Shown here: positions 1 to 9,912 of the stretch, in pieces | Position numbering within the stretch: position 1 is the first letter of the stretch | Layout of the letters: each line of letters starts with the position of its first letter | NCBI GenBank assembly: GCA_047638435.1 | Contig: JBLILW010000001.1 | Location: 1 to 40,034 of the forward strand | DNA: 40,034 bases | DNA from: Urechidicola sp. | Lineage (GTDB): Bacteria > Pseudomonadota > Gammaproteobacteria > GCA-001735895 | Reading direction: 5' to 3' | The notes under the pieces: generated by a model | The model's input: the letters and a program-made list of their open reading frames with translations, nothing else | The model's database searches: none | What the model was told of the DNA's origin: nothing | Made by a program: the position numbers and the translations under genes

Positions 1-1076
1 AGGTCTTTACCAATGAAAACAAGTTTGGTTTGACGTACCTCATCACTGCCCCAGACGCGGTCGAAGTATCGCTCCAACCTTTCACCAACGCCTTGTAATA
101 CCTGACGCATGGGTTTACTGGGTAGGGCAAGAAAACCCTTCACTCGATAAATAGTATTAACTGCGATCAAACCATCGACGATGGCGACTAGTTTATCAGA
201 ATCGACTTCGTCGAGTGTGATCGATACTGAGTTGAAATGATCATGGGCGTGGTGGTGATCTTCTTCGTGATCGTGATGATGGTCGTGGTGGGTGTGTACT
301 GCTTCAATGCCATCTTCCGATGCAAACTCAAGCCCCATAATCAGGTCGCTTTGAATTTGACCGTTAGCCACTTCGAGCATTTTAACCTGTGGCTTTACGC
401 GCTCACTGACCTGCTGTCGGATGTTGCTTAGTTGAACTTCATCAAGCATGTCGGCTTTACTGATGATCACCATATCGGCAGAGCCCAATTGGTCTTCAAG
501 CAGTTCGCATAACGATGGGTCGTGATCGAGGCTTTCATCGGCGTTGCGCTGTGCTTCGACTTGTTGCGGGTCATGGGCGATGCGGCCATCGGCAATGGCT
601 GGGCCATCAATCACGGTAATAACCGAATCAACCGTGCAATGCTGTTTAATTTCTGGCCAGTTAAATGCTTGCACTAAAGGCTTTGGTAACGCTAAGCCAG
701 ACGTTTCTATAAGGATATGGTCGATATCACCACGGCGAGCGACTAGTTGTTTCATCACCGGTAGAAATTCTTCTTCGACGGTGCAACAAATACAGCCATT
801 GGCCAGTTCGTAAATGCCATCTTCTGGAATGCCGTTTTGAGTCGAGGTTGCGCTATCCGATTCAGACCCGTCTTCACAATCGATTGGACAGCTACGTAGC
901 AAATCGGCGTCAATATCAAGCTCGCCAAATTCGTTTACGATTACCGCAATGCGTTTGCCGTTAGCCTGTTTGATAATATTTGAAAGCAGTGTTGTTTTGC
1001 CGCTACCTAGAAAACCTGTAATGATAGTGGCGGGTATTTTTTTTAAGTCTTGGCCTAAATTCTGGTCAGTTTTCAT
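1..1076 (-). CDS. cobW: CobW-type COG0523 GTPase metallochaperone; the last few codons run off the left edge
   Basis: Absent from the ORF track because it is open to position 1. My reverse-strand translation from the ATG at 1076-1074 gives MKTDQNLGQDLKKIPATIITGFLGSGKTTLL (Walker A), ELANGCICCT (CxCC metal motif), a His-rich run HTHHDHHHDHEEDHHHAHDH (about 237-296) and RVWGSDEVRQTKLVFIGKDL near the edge. The start overlaps the cobM stop (ATGA). Confidence 0.88.
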   Translation of the reverse strand, partial: MKTDQNLGQDLKKIPATIITGFLGSGKTTLLSNIIKQANGKRIAVIVNEFGELDIDADLLRSCPIDCEDGSESDSATSTQNGIPEDGIYELANGCICCTVEEEFLPVMKQLVARRGDIDHILIETSGLALPKPLVQAFNWPEIKQHCTVDSVITVIDGPAIADGRIAHDPQQVEAQRNADESLDHDPSLCELLEDQLGSADMVIISKADMLDEVQLSNIRQQVSERVKPQVKMLEVANGQIQSDLIMGLEFASEDGIEAVHTHHDHHHDHEEDHHHAHDHFNSVSITLDEVDSDKLVAIVDGLIAVNTIYRVKGFLALPSKPMRQVLQGVGERLERYFDRVWGSDEVRQTKLVFIGKD

Positions 1077-1861
1077 GAACGTTTTACCTGTCTGGGAGCT
1101 TGCGGTTTAACTTTAGGGCGATAAAGATGCGCCTTATCTTCGCTGTATAAAAATGAGTCACTAAATGAAGCTGGGTCTAAAACATGCCCGACCAAAATAA
1201 GTGCTGTTCGGGTGATTTTTTTAGCACGGACTTTTGGTACGATATCAGCCAGCGTACCGGTAACGTGATCCTGATCTGGCCAGCCAGTACGATAGCACAC
1301 AGCAACTGGGCAATCGGCACCATAGTGTGGCTCGAGTTCTTTGACAATTTTATGAATATGGCTCACACCTAAATGAATCGCCAGCGTCGCACCATGTCTG
1401 GCAAGGGCATCCAGATTTTCTTTTTCAGGCATTGGTGTTTTAGAACCATAGCGCGTATAGATAACGGTTTGAGTGACACCTGACAAGGTGAATTCACGTT
1501 TGAGCATGGCTGCTGAGGCACTCGCAGCGGTGACGCCAGGAATGACTTCGTAGTCGATATTTAAATCATCGAGTCGACGCATTTGTTCGCCAATCGCACC
1601 ATAAATCGAAGGGTCACCCGAATGAACGCGAGCAACGTCCTGGTTATTGCCGTGAGCAATTTCGATTCTCGTGATAATTTCATCGAGATGTTTGGATGCG
1701 GTGTCTTCGATAATGGCATCGTCAGCAGCAAAGTCGAGAATCTCGATAGGCACCAAAGAGCCAGCATAAAGAATAACTGGGCAATTCTGAATGAGGCGCA
1801 TGCCCTTCAGGGTAATTAAATCCGGGTCGCCGGGTCCGGCTCCAATAAAGTAAACAGTCAT
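1073..1861 (-). CDS. cobM: Precorrin-4 C11-methyltransferase (CobM/CbiF)
   Basis: 262 aa. The N-terminus MTVYFIGAGPGDPDLITLKG...VILYAGSLVP is the CobM/CbiF hallmark of the tetrapyrrole methylase family. Lies within a cob gene string. Confidence 0.9.
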   Translation of the reverse strand: MTVYFIGAGPGDPDLITLKGMRLIQNCPVILYAGSLVPIEILDFAADDAIIEDTASKHLDEIITRIEIAHGNNQDVARVHSGDPSIYGAIGEQMRRLDDLNIDYEVIPGVTAASASAAMLKREFTLSGVTQTVIYTRYGSKTPMPEKENLDALARHGATLAIHLGVSHIHKIVKELEPHYGADCPVAVCYRTGWPDQDHVTGTLADIVPKVRAKKITRTALILVGHVLDPASFSDSFLYSEDKAHLYRPKVKPQAPRQVKRS

Positions 1862-1876
1862 AGATTAGTATTCAAG

Positions 1877-2656
1877 TTAGTTTAATTTTTTAGAATAGCC
1901 ACGAGGGGTATAAACCCAGTGTGTATCGCCATTCACGATATGTTTCGATTCACTATTACCAACCGAAACACAGGTAAACATGTCGACATCTTTGGCGTCG
2001 AGTCGATCTAGCGTAATGATATTGGTGCTGTGATCTTCGCGGGTTAAGTTTCTGCCTAACACAACGGGTGTCGAGCCCGGTCGATATTCGAGCAGGATAT
2101 CGCGCGCGGTGTTTAACTGCCAGTTTCGTTTGATCGATACTGGGTTGTAAAAGCTGATGACGAAATCGCCGCTGCCAGCACTATGGACACGCTTGACGAT
2201 AGTCTCCCAAGGGGTGAGTAAATCAGACAGCGATACGGTGCAGAAATCATGGCCGAGCAATGCACCAACCGCACTCGAATTTGCCTGCATAGCGCTGATA
2301 CCAGGAATGACCTGAATGTCGACATCAAGCCATTCGGGGCTGTTTTCTTTACCAGCCAGTTGATTATCGAGTAGTTCAAAAACCAGCGTTGCCATCGCAT
2401 AGATGCCAATGTCTCCACTCGAGACTAGGGCAGTAGTTTTACCCGATGCAGCTAAATCGAGCGCTAATCGAGCACGCCCAATTTCTTCACCCAACGGCAG
2501 TTCATGGTGAGTTTTACCCTCGCAAATATCGCCCAGTAAATCAATATAAAGGCCATAGGCCACAATGTCGCTGGCAGCATTAATCGCACTGGCGGATTTT
2601 GGAGTTACTAGTTTGGCATCGCCTGGACCGGCGCTGACCAGAAATAATTGGGTCAT
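1877..2656 (-). CDS. cobJ: Precorrin-3B C17-methyltransferase (CobJ/CbiH)
   Basis: 259 aa. LFLVSAGPGDAKLVTPKS...VAYGLYIDLL...ALVSSGDIGIYAMA matches the CobJ/CbiH pattern. 15 nt upstream of cobM. Confidence 0.88.
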   Translation of the reverse strand: MTQLFLVSAGPGDAKLVTPKSASAINAASDIVAYGLYIDLLGDICEGKTHHELPLGEEIGRARLALDLAASGKTTALVSSGDIGIYAMATLVFELLDNQLAGKENSPEWLDVDIQVIPGISAMQANSSAVGALLGHDFCTVSLSDLLTPWETIVKRVHSAGSGDFVISFYNPVSIKRNWQLNTARDILLEYRPGSTPVVLGRNLTREDHSTNIITLDRLDAKDVDMFTCVSVGNSESKHIVNGDTHWVYTPRGYSKKLN

Positions 2657-2719
2657 ATAGATAGCAGATTGATTAAAATTAAGATTGAAAATTTAGACCA
2701 ATAATTCAGACCTAAAATG

Positions 2720-2753
2720 AAGGTCAAGCATTTAAGGTCAAGGAGCAAGGTCG
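2720..2753. repeat. Three direct copies of AAGGTC(AAG) at 13-14 bp spacing in the cbiG-cobJ spacer
   Basis: AAGGTCAAG at 2720-2728 and 2734-2742, AAGGTCG at 2747-2753. An inverted GACCT lies at 2709-2713. On the minus strand the copies read as repeated TTGACC (-35-like) hexamers. Confidence 0.6.
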
Positions 2754-2786
2754 CAAATTAGTCACGGATTCTACGTGTTTTCGGGC

Positions 2787-3560
2787 TCAAAGGGCATAGC
2801 TGCGAGCGACAGAAATAGTCGCGCGAGCGTTTTTTCGTTTGGTGATTATCAACTCAGCAGGTTGGCCAGTTAATACACTGGCTGAACACAAGGCTGCAGC
2901 TTCGGCAACACCGAAACAACCGACCTCTTTGAATACAATATCAGACTTAACACTGAGCTGGTCTTCAACCACTCTGAGTGATTTGGCTGGATAGGTCTGC
3001 AAAGCCAGCCCGATTTGATTTGCCAATTCGAGCAAACCAACCTCGTCAGCTTTCAGGTCAATACTAGCGAAAGCTGTCAAATTAATATCTGGGCCTAAGT
3101 CGTCACAAACTTGTTGGTAGAGTTGGCGCAGCAAATCAACAGGGCAACCACGATCACAGCCCATGCCGAGCGTATAAATTGGACGACTGTAATCGGTGGC
3201 CGATGTACTAACACATTGAGCATCAATTGCCTGTGCAATACGATAAGCCAAAGCACTCGCACCACCTTCGTGGCCGGAGAGCAACGGGATCACAAATTCA
3301 CCTGCCTCGTCCATTACAATGATCGGTGGGTCTTGATACTTATCAATAATTACCTGCGCAAGCGCACGAATAACAATCCCAGTCGAGCAAATGAAAATAC
3401 ACGAGTGACCTTGTTTAAACGATTGTTGGGCAGTCTCAATAAAGGGCTTTGGCCGATGGTGATGAACTGCTTGCGGAATAAGCTCAAGCAGTTTGCTCGC
3501 AATTAGAGCACCCTCGTCAGTGAGGCTGAAAATATGGGTGGGTCTTGATGTCAGGTTCAT
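2787..3560 (-). CDS. cbiG: Cobalamin biosynthesis protein CbiG (cobalt-precorrin-5A hydrolase family, CobE-like C-terminus)
   Basis: 257 aa. STGIVIRALAQVIIDKYQDPPIIVMDEAGEFVIPLLSGHEGGASALA is typical of the CbiG N/mid domain, and TLGMGCDRGC of the CbiG C / CobE domain. Confidence 0.82.
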   Translation of the reverse strand: MNLTSRPTHIFSLTDEGALIASKLLELIPQAVHHHRPKPFIETAQQSFKQGHSCIFICSTGIVIRALAQVIIDKYQDPPIIVMDEAGEFVIPLLSGHEGGASALAYRIAQAIDAQCVSTSATDYSRPIYTLGMGCDRGCPVDLLRQLYQQVCDDLGPDINLTAFASIDLKADEVGLLELANQIGLALQTYPAKSLRVVEDQLSVKSDIVFKEVGCFGVAEAAALCSASVLTGQPAELIITKRKNARATISVARSYAL

Positions 3561-3752
3561 CGAGTTATATGTGAGTAATTTAGCTAGTTAATTTAAAGGT
3601 AAAGTGTAGGGAAATAAAGTACAAAAAAGTGATGGCTAAGGAGAATCGTCTCATTTTATATCGAATTCATTTAACTCCTTTGTGATTTGTTAGCGTATTT
3701 GTTGTGTGCGTAAACAACATATTTACTAGCGCAGAGCTGGATATTGGTTCCA

Positions 3753-4148
3753 TTATGGCATCGAAAATTTTTCCAAGGTATCCAAGATAGGGCAATCTGG
3801 ACGGTCATCACCAGCGCATTCATGCACCAAATGGGTAAGTGTCTTCTGAATAGCTTGTAGATCCGCTATCTTGCTTTCGATTAGCGACAGATGCTGTTTT
3901 GCTATCGCCCGCACATCAGAACTGGCTCGAGCCTGATCATCCCAGAGTGCCAAGAGGTTTCGACAATCCTCTATGGTAAATCCCAAGGCACGAGCGCGAC
4001 CTAAAAATGCTAGTTTGTGCCTATCGCTATCGCGAAAATTGCGATAACCATTGGTGTCTCGCAGGGGCGTCACCAGCCCAATATCCTCGTAGTAGCGGAT
4101 GGTCTTGGGCGGCAAACCCGCTTGTTTAGATACGTCTCCTATATTCAT
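3753..4148 (-). CDS. cueR: Cu(I)-responsive MerR-family regulator CueR
   Basis: The track ORF (3753-4250) overlaps the copA 3' end. The conserved MerR N-terminus MNIGDVSKQAGLPPKTIRYYEDIGLV starts at the ATG at 4148, with AGGAA 9 nt upstream. The C-terminal CAGDDRPDCPI matches the CueR Cys-X7-Cys copper loop. Confidence 0.9.
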   Translation of the reverse strand: MNIGDVSKQAGLPPKTIRYYEDIGLVTPLRDTNGYRNFRDSDRHKLAFLGRARALGFTIEDCRNLLALWDDQARASSDVRAIAKQHLSLIESKIADLQAIQKTLTHLVHECAGDDRPDCPILDTLEKFSMP

Positions 4149-4188
4149 CTGAAAGTTCCTATTTAACCAATTCCTATTAAGAGAACCC

Positions 4189-6714
4189 CTATTTAGCCGC
4201 TGTCGGCACAACGCCAGGAGCTGAACTGACACTTGATTGAGATTTCTCAAGCGTTGGAGTGATCGCTGGGGCTATCCAGCGCAGGCGAAGCGCATTAGAC
4301 AGCACGAACACGCTTGAAAGCGCCATTGCTCCAGCAGCAAGAGCCGGTGACAGCATCAACCCAAACACGGGATAGAACACGCCAGCAGCGACCGGAATAA
4401 GCAAAGCGTTGTAACCAAATGCCCATAACAGGTTCTGACGAATGTTGCGCATTGTCAACTGGCTGAGGTGCAGGGCGTTCACCACACCTCTCAAGTCGCC
4501 AGACATTAGCACGACATCTGCCGCTTCGATTGCCACATCAGTACCGGTACCGATCGCGATGCCGACATTTGCAATAGCGAGTGCGGGCGCATCGTTAATG
4601 CCGTCGCCAACAAAAGCAACCTTTCGCTCGCCAACCTGTAGTTTTTCGATAGCGGTTACTTTGCCTTCAGGCAGCACTTCAGCAATAACCGTGTCGATGC
4701 CTAACTTTGCTGCAATCGCGTTCGCAGTGCCTTTGTTATCGCCCGTAATCATGGTAACCTCAATACCCAACTCATGTAAGGCAGCAATCGCCTCTGCTGT
4801 GTTGGATTTAATCGGGTCTGATACAGCAATAATCGCCGCAAGTTGCCCGTCGATTGCAACATAAAGAGGTGTTTTACCCTCTTGCCCCAGACGATCACCT
4901 GCGCTACGTACTTCATCAAGGCCGATGTCTTCGCGGATCATTAGTCGGTCAGCACCCACTAGAATATTGTGACCTTCAACGACGGCATTGGCACCGTAAC
5001 CTGTAATAGAACTGAAATTTTCAACCGACGCCAGCGACAAACCATCCCGCTCTGCGCGTCGAACAATGGCCGCTGCAATTGGGTGCTCTGACATGGCTTC
5101 GACAGAAGCGACAAGGCGCAAGACATCGGATTCTTCAAACCCCTTCGTTATTGTCAAATCGGTTAGCTCAGGGCGGCCCTCAGTCAGCGTGCCGGTCTTA
5201 TCCAAAGCAATCGTCTTTACATTACTCAGGCCTTGCAGCGCATCACCACGCCGAAACAGCACGCCAAGCTCTGCGGCGCGGCCAGTGCCTACCATAATGG
5301 ACGTCGGCGTGGCCAATCCCATTGCGCAAGGACAGGCGATAATCAAAACGGCAACGCCCGCCACCAGCGCAAAGCTAAGGGCAGGATCAGGACCAACCAA
5401 CAACCAAGTCAGAAAAGTGACCAAGGCAACCCCCATGACTGCTGGTACGAACCAGAGTGTTATGCGATTGACCAAATCCTGTATTGGCAATTTAGCCCCC
5501 TGCGCCTCTTCGACCATTCGGATAATTTGCGACAACATGGTATCACCACCCACTTTGGTGGCACGGAAAGTCAGTGTGCCAGTGCCGTTGACAGTGCCGC
5601 CCACGACCTCTGTATCAGTCGATTTTCCTACTGGAATAGGCTCACCTGTAATCATACTTTCATCGACATAAGACAACCCTTTGATGACAACCCCATCAAC
5701 AGCTATTTTTTCGCCTGGGCGCACCTGGATGAGATCACCAGCGACGATATCGTCAACCGCTATCTCGATCAGTTTGCCATTGCACTCCACCTGAGCTGTC
5801 TGAGGCCTCAGGCCAACGAGATTGCGAATAGCCTGGCCGGTACGCCCTTTTGCACGAGCTTCAAGAAAACGTCCCAAAAGAATAAGTGTCACAATGACTG
5901 CTGCTGCTTCAAAATAGACCACGCGTGTACCCTCAGGTAAAAGAGTTGGTGCAAACAGCGCCACTGAGGAGAAACCAAAGGCGGCCGACGACCCAAGTGC
6001 GACCAGTGAATTCATGTCGGGCGCGCTTTTGAAGAGCGCTGGGAAACCTTTAAGATAGAATTGTCGCCCGGGCCAAGCCAAAACAATGGTTGTTAGAACA
6101 AACTGAATAACCCAATTGGCTTCCATACCTATCGTGTTCATGATTAAGTCATGAATGGCGGGAACCATATGACTACCCATTTCAAGCATAAAAACAGGCA
6201 AGGTCAGGATTGTAGCAACCAGTGTCATGCGTCGCAGTTGAGTCGCCTCATCAGCCTTTCGTTTTGTCGTCGATGCTGCTGTAACCTGATCGGTAACAAG
6301 AGTCGCTGGATAGCCCGCCGCGCTAGCCGTTCGACTAATGTCAGCAAGTGAAACAGATGTTCCGATAACGTGAACAATCGCCTCCTCTTTTGCTAGATTA
6401 ACGACAACAAAAGCTATACCAGTAACGATTTCTAAGGCGTGCTCAACACGGCCAACACAAGACGCGCAGGACATATTTTCGATGCTTAAGCGATAGGTTT
6501 GCAGTTCAGCAGGATAGCCAGCAGTGTCCAGTGCAACGATTACGTCATTAGCCTTAAATGACTCATTAACACTGATAGTGGCCGTTTCTGCAGTAAGGTT
6601 TACCTGAGCCTGTTTTACTCCAGACACAACCTTTAGCACTTTTTCCACACGACCAACACAAGAAGCGCAGCTCATATCCCGCACGCCGAAGGTGAGTGTT
6701 TTTTCGTTTTCCAT
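4189..6714 (-). CDS. copA: Cu(I)-translocating P1B-type ATPase
   Basis: 841 aa. Two N-terminal HMA domains ([11 protein letters not shown] twice), CPC in a TM helix, DKTGTLT phosphorylation site, GDGINDAP hinge. Confidence 0.95.
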   Translation of the reverse strand: MENEKTLTFGVRDMSCASCVGRVEKVLKVVSGVKQAQVNLTAETATISVNESFKANDVIVALDTAGYPAELQTYRLSIENMSCASCVGRVEHALEIVTGIAFVVVNLAKEEAIVHVIGTSVSLADISRTASAAGYPATLVTDQVTAASTTKRKADEATQLRRMTLVATILTLPVFMLEMGSHMVPAIHDLIMNTIGMEANWVIQFVLTTIVLAWPGRQFYLKGFPALFKSAPDMNSLVALGSSAAFGFSSVALFAPTLLPEGTRVVYFEAAAVIVTLILLGRFLEARAKGRTGQAIRNLVGLRPQTAQVECNGKLIEIAVDDIVAGDLIQVRPGEKIAVDGVVIKGLSYVDESMITGEPIPVGKSTDTEVVGGTVNGTGTLTFRATKVGGDTMLSQIIRMVEEAQGAKLPIQDLVNRITLWFVPAVMGVALVTFLTWLLVGPDPALSFALVAGVAVLIIACPCAMGLATPTSIMVGTGRAAELGVLFRRGDALQGLSNVKTIALDKTGTLTEGRPELTDLTITKGFEESDVLRLVASVEAMSEHPIAAAIVRRAERDGLSLASVENFSSITGYGANAVVEGHNILVGADRLMIREDIGLDEVRSAGDRLGQEGKTPLYVAIDGQLAAIIAVSDPIKSNTAEAIAALHELGIEVTMITGDNKGTANAIAAKLGIDTVIAEVLPEGKVTAIEKLQVGERKVAFVGDGINDAPALAIANVGIAIGTGTDVAIEAADVVLMSGDLRGVVNALHLSQLTMRNIRQNLLWAFGYNALLIPVAAGVFYPVFGLMLSPALAAGAMALSSVFVLSNALRLRWIAPAITPTLEKSQSSVSSAPGVVPTAAK

Positions 6715-6743
6715 GATGGTACCTATTGTTCTAGATTATCCTC

Positions 6744-6774
6744 ATCATAATGCTTCCAGTTGCTGGAAGGTCAA
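6744..6774 (-). promoter_or_regulatory. MerR/CueR-type copA promoter: -35 TTGACC, 19-bp spacer containing a perfect dyad, -10 TATGAT
   Basis: The minus strand reads TTGACC (6774-6769), TTCCAGCAACTGGAAGCAT (19 nt), TATGAT (6749-6744). The dyad is CTTCCAG-N3-CTGGAAG at 6753-6769. An over-long 19-bp spacer with a dyad across it is the MerR-family signature and resembles the E. coli copA operator (ACCTTCC...GGAAGGT). Confidence 0.8.
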
Positions 6775-6988
6775 GGGGGTGTGAAAATATTACATCGAAT
6801 AAGGCTATTGCGGTATTTTAATGAATCTTAGTAGCTTTTAAGGAGTATAAGGAAAAAGATAAGGTGTAAAGCGTTGATAAAATGCCTTTATTGTTATCAC
6901 TTTCTGACCTGTTAAGGCTAATCCACATAAATATCGAAAGAAAAATCGGGGACTTTCTAAATTGCATTAATAACGCTGAATTCCTCTG

Positions 6989-7090
6989 ATGTCTAGACCA
7001 CAAAAACTAAAATACGCAGGTGCGATTTATCACATCACATCGAGAGAAGGTCTGCAGAGAGGCTACCTATCGGTCGAGTATATAGATTAA
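6989..7090 (+). pseudogene. 5' relic of a Y1 (IS200-like / REP-associated) tyrosine transposase gene
   Basis: My translation from the ATG at 6989 is MSRPQKLKYAGAIYHITSRE, then unrelated residues and a stop after 33 codons. The first 20 aa fit the conserved N-terminus of this family (MARPLRIEFAGALYHVTSRG type). The rest of the gene is absent. Confidence 0.45.
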
Positions 7091-7201
7091 AGGGGATCGG
7101 TGAACACTACGATAAGCATTAAACTGTAATTAACGAAATTGTAAAAAACATTGAAATGTGATTTGGAAAGACTTGGCCTCAGCTCTTTTTAAACGGTTGG
7201 T

Positions 7202-7984
7202 TCATTTGCCAGGGCTGTAATTCCGTGACTTGCTAACCAGAAATAATGAAAAATAGGGGCCTGTTACTGCGTCGTCGAGCGTGTTGATGTCATACACAAT
7301 CTTCTGGTTTGGCTGGCCAGCATATTCGATATAACAGCTGTCGCTACTGCGTCCTGCTTGCTCAATTAATCGTAATAAATCTGGGCGACGTCTGCCTGGT
7401 TTCATAATGGCGATATTGTCGAATTGCTTTAGGGTTTGGAGAATATCATCGTCACCTCGACGGCCTGAAATCACCGCACTATTTTCTGCCAGCAAACCGA
7501 TAGGCCGCCCGGTGAGCGCGACTGATGCATTGATTGCAGTGACACCTGGAATGGTTTTAACCGGGTACTGATCATTTAATCGATCGTGTAAATAAGCGAA
7601 CGAGCCAAAAAAGAAAGGGTCGCCTAAGCATAGAAATACAACGTCCTTGCCATCGTCGAGGTGATTAGCAATGATTTTCGCCGCTTCATCGTATACCAAA
7701 TTAATGTTGTCACGATTTTCATTCATCGGCATGACGATGGCATGTTCCTGTTGCAATGGATTCGAGGCTTTATTCAGGCTTGCTGAACTGATGGTTCGCG
7801 CCATCGCGTTACCACTCTCGCTACTCAAATAGGTGACTAAATCCGCTTGTTGAATTAAGCGATGGGCTTTTATTGTCAATAGCTCTGGGTCGCCTGGTCC
7901 GACGCCGACGCCGTAAAACGTGCCAGTGGTTTGAGTATTTGGGTTAGTCATGTCATTGATATCTGATTCTAAGGTTTTATGCAT
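7202..7984 (-). CDS. cobI: Precorrin-2 C20-methyltransferase (CobI/CbiL)
   Basis: GTFYGVGVGPGDPELLTIKAHRLIQQADLV is the CobI/CbiL N-terminal pattern. The true start may be the internal Met (MTNPNTQ, ATG at 7951), which would remove the overlap with cobL. Confidence 0.86.
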   Translation of the reverse strand: MHKTLESDINDMTNPNTQTTGTFYGVGVGPGDPELLTIKAHRLIQQADLVTYLSSESGNAMARTISSASLNKASNPLQQEHAIVMPMNENRDNINLVYDEAAKIIANHLDDGKDVVFLCLGDPFFFGSFAYLHDRLNDQYPVKTIPGVTAINASVALTGRPIGLLAENSAVISGRRGDDDILQTLKQFDNIAIMKPGRRRPDLLRLIEQAGRSSDSCYIEYAGQPNQKIVYDINTLDDAVTGPYFSLFLVSKSRNYSPGK

Positions 7985-9237
7985 TTCGCTATTTGGACTG
8001 GGCTTAGTGTTCGTAACTCTAAACTGTCGGGTAAACTTTTGGTTATTTGAATATCAACTTGCTCGAAACCTGGTTTATTTGACATAAAGGTGATGAGTGC
8101 ATCTCGGCTGTCTTCAGTCACCGCCGAGGCCACCAGTTTGCCACCGGGTTTGAGTTGTTGCCAAGCGTAATCGAGCATGGCTGCTAGCCCATTGCTACCA
8201 CCGATGAATATGCAATCTGGCTGCGGTAAGCTAGTGCAGCATTCTGGTGCGTTGCCTTCGACAATATTTAAATTTTGTGTGGTGCCAAAGCGATCTTCGT
8301 TAATTTTGATATGGTTGATTCTTGTCTGCGAGGATTCGATTGCATAAATGTGCCCACCTGAATTCCAACGAGCCCATTCGACACTGACACTGCCACAACC
8401 TGCACCAATGTCCCAGGCTACTTCTCCCGGTGTTGGTTGCATCAGCGATAGAATAGAAAGCCGCACTTCGCGTTTGCTGATCATGCCGTACCCAGGGGTG
8501 GAGCCAGTGGAGAATAATTCGTCAGGTATGCCAGGGAAGGCGGGCAAACGAGTGTTGCCGTCGAGTGTCACAATGCAAACATTGAGAGCTTGAAAACTCT
8601 GGCTGGCAACTGCTAGTTCGGACGCCTTAAACTTCGATACTTGCTGACTTGAACTGCCCATTGCTTCGCACACCCAGACCATCGAATCTCCAAAGCCCTG
8701 ATGGTTTAACTCGTTAGCGATTGCGACAGGATTTGAGCTGTTGTCGGTTAGAATCGCTAATAAACTGCGATTGGTTAGATAACGTCGAAGTGTGCTTAGC
8801 GGTCTCCCATGAAGAGTTACTGTTTTCGCGTCCTGCCAGGGCATACCTATGTTGTGAAAACAGGCCTGAATGCTCGAAATGTTTGGATAGAAGTTTAAAT
8901 GCAGTGTGCCTATATTACGAATTAGCCAGCTACCGACACCAAAGAACAGGGCATCTCCAGAGGCTAAAACACATAACTGAGACGATTTATATTGGACGAT
9001 CTTTTTAGCCAGCTCTGAAAATGGGGATGGAAAGAGGACTTTGACAGCGTTGGTTTCTATCGAGGTAATTTCATTAAAGTGATGTTCGCTACCAAAAATG
9101 ACCTCGGCATTTTGAATGGCTTCCATCGCCTGAGGGGCTAACGCAGTTAAGCGGTCACAGCCAAGACTAATCACCGAGATAGCATCGCCTTGCCATTCGA
9201 TTGATTGTTTCGTGTTGTGTTGAATCCCACTCGACAT
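7969..9237 (-). CDS. cobL: Precorrin-6Y C5,15-methyltransferase (decarboxylating), fused CbiE/CbiT
   Basis: 422 aa. N-terminal tetrapyrrole-methylase half plus a C-terminal SAM-MTase half (VAWDIGAGCGSVSVEWA). Ends with TAG. Confidence 0.88.
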   Translation of the reverse strand: MSSGIQHNTKQSIEWQGDAISVISLGCDRLTALAPQAMEAIQNAEVIFGSEHHFNEITSIETNAVKVLFPSPFSELAKKIVQYKSSQLCVLASGDALFFGVGSWLIRNIGTLHLNFYPNISSIQACFHNIGMPWQDAKTVTLHGRPLSTLRRYLTNRSLLAILTDNSSNPVAIANELNHQGFGDSMVWVCEAMGSSSQQVSKFKASELAVASQSFQALNVCIVTLDGNTRLPAFPGIPDELFSTGSTPGYGMISKREVRLSILSLMQPTPGEVAWDIGAGCGSVSVEWARWNSGGHIYAIESSQTRINHIKINEDRFGTTQNLNIVEGNAPECCTSLPQPDCIFIGGSNGLAAMLDYAWQQLKPGGKLVASAVTEDSRDALITFMSNKPGFEQVDIQITKSLPDSLELRTLSPVQIAKCIKP

Positions 9238-9242
9238 TGTGA

Positions 9243-9881
9243 TTAAAATTTCAGCCCATTTTTAAGTCGAACCAGTGTATTAAACGCACCGGCTGCTAAT
9301 GCACTGCCACCGACACGGCCATTAAGCGTCATGCATTCTACGCCTAAATCTTGGTGATGATTCCACAGGTAGTCCTTCGATTCTGGCGCACCGACAAAGC
9401 CTACCGGCATGCCGATGATGAGCGCAGGTTTAACTGCGCCAGCTTCGAGCATTTCCATTAAGCGGAATAGGGCGGTGGGCGCATTGCCGATAATAACAAT
9501 GCTGCTTTCGAGATAAGGTGCCCATAGCTCGAGTGCTGACATGGTGCGGGTTTCGCCACTGGTGCTGGCAATTTTTGGAGTGTCTTCATGGTTCAAAAAA
9601 CACAGGGGTTGTTGTGTTAAAAAACGTTTGGTCAAGCCTTGCTTGACCATTTCAACGTCGCATAAAACTGCCTGATTTTGGTTTAATGCGTCGATGCCAG
9701 CATTGATCGCGTTGTCACTAATGCGCACTTGCTGGGCGACCTCTGGATTGCCACTGGTGTGAACCAGGCGCATCACAACCTGTTGTTGAATATCGGTGAA
9801 GCCAGACAAGTTGGTGGCTTCTCGAATCATTTCAAATGACATTTCTTCAATTTTGTGCGGATCTTTTATGTAGTCTTCCAA
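9243..9881 (-). CDS. cobH: Precorrin-8X methylmutase (CobH/CbiC)
   Basis: 212 aa. IRLVHTSGNPEV-type core (MRLVHTSGNPEVAQQVRIS) and IIGNAPTALFRL, GSALAAGAFNTL are typical of CobH. Confidence 0.9.
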   Translation of the reverse strand: MEDYIKDPHKIEEMSFEMIREATNLSGFTDIQQQVVMRLVHTSGNPEVAQQVRISDNAINAGIDALNQNQAVLCDVEMVKQGLTKRFLTQQPLCFLNHEDTPKIASTSGETRTMSALELWAPYLESSIVIIGNAPTALFRLMEMLEAGAVKPALIIGMPVGFVGAPESKDYLWNHHQDLGVECMTLNGRVGGSALAAGAFNTLVRLKNGLKF

Positions 9882-9912
9882 GGTTACTCTCTACTATTTC
9901 TGATATTGATTA

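Noticed and set aside
4442-5940. Long plus-strand ORFs (140, 201, 72 and 235 aa) inside copA. Similar antisense ORFs occur inside cobM, cobJ, cbiG, cobL, sucD, sucC, sorA and topB.
   Set aside because: They lie entirely antisense to strongly supported genes and have low-complexity, Ser/Ala/Pro/Arg-rich or otherwise unrecognisable translations. These are shadow ORFs.
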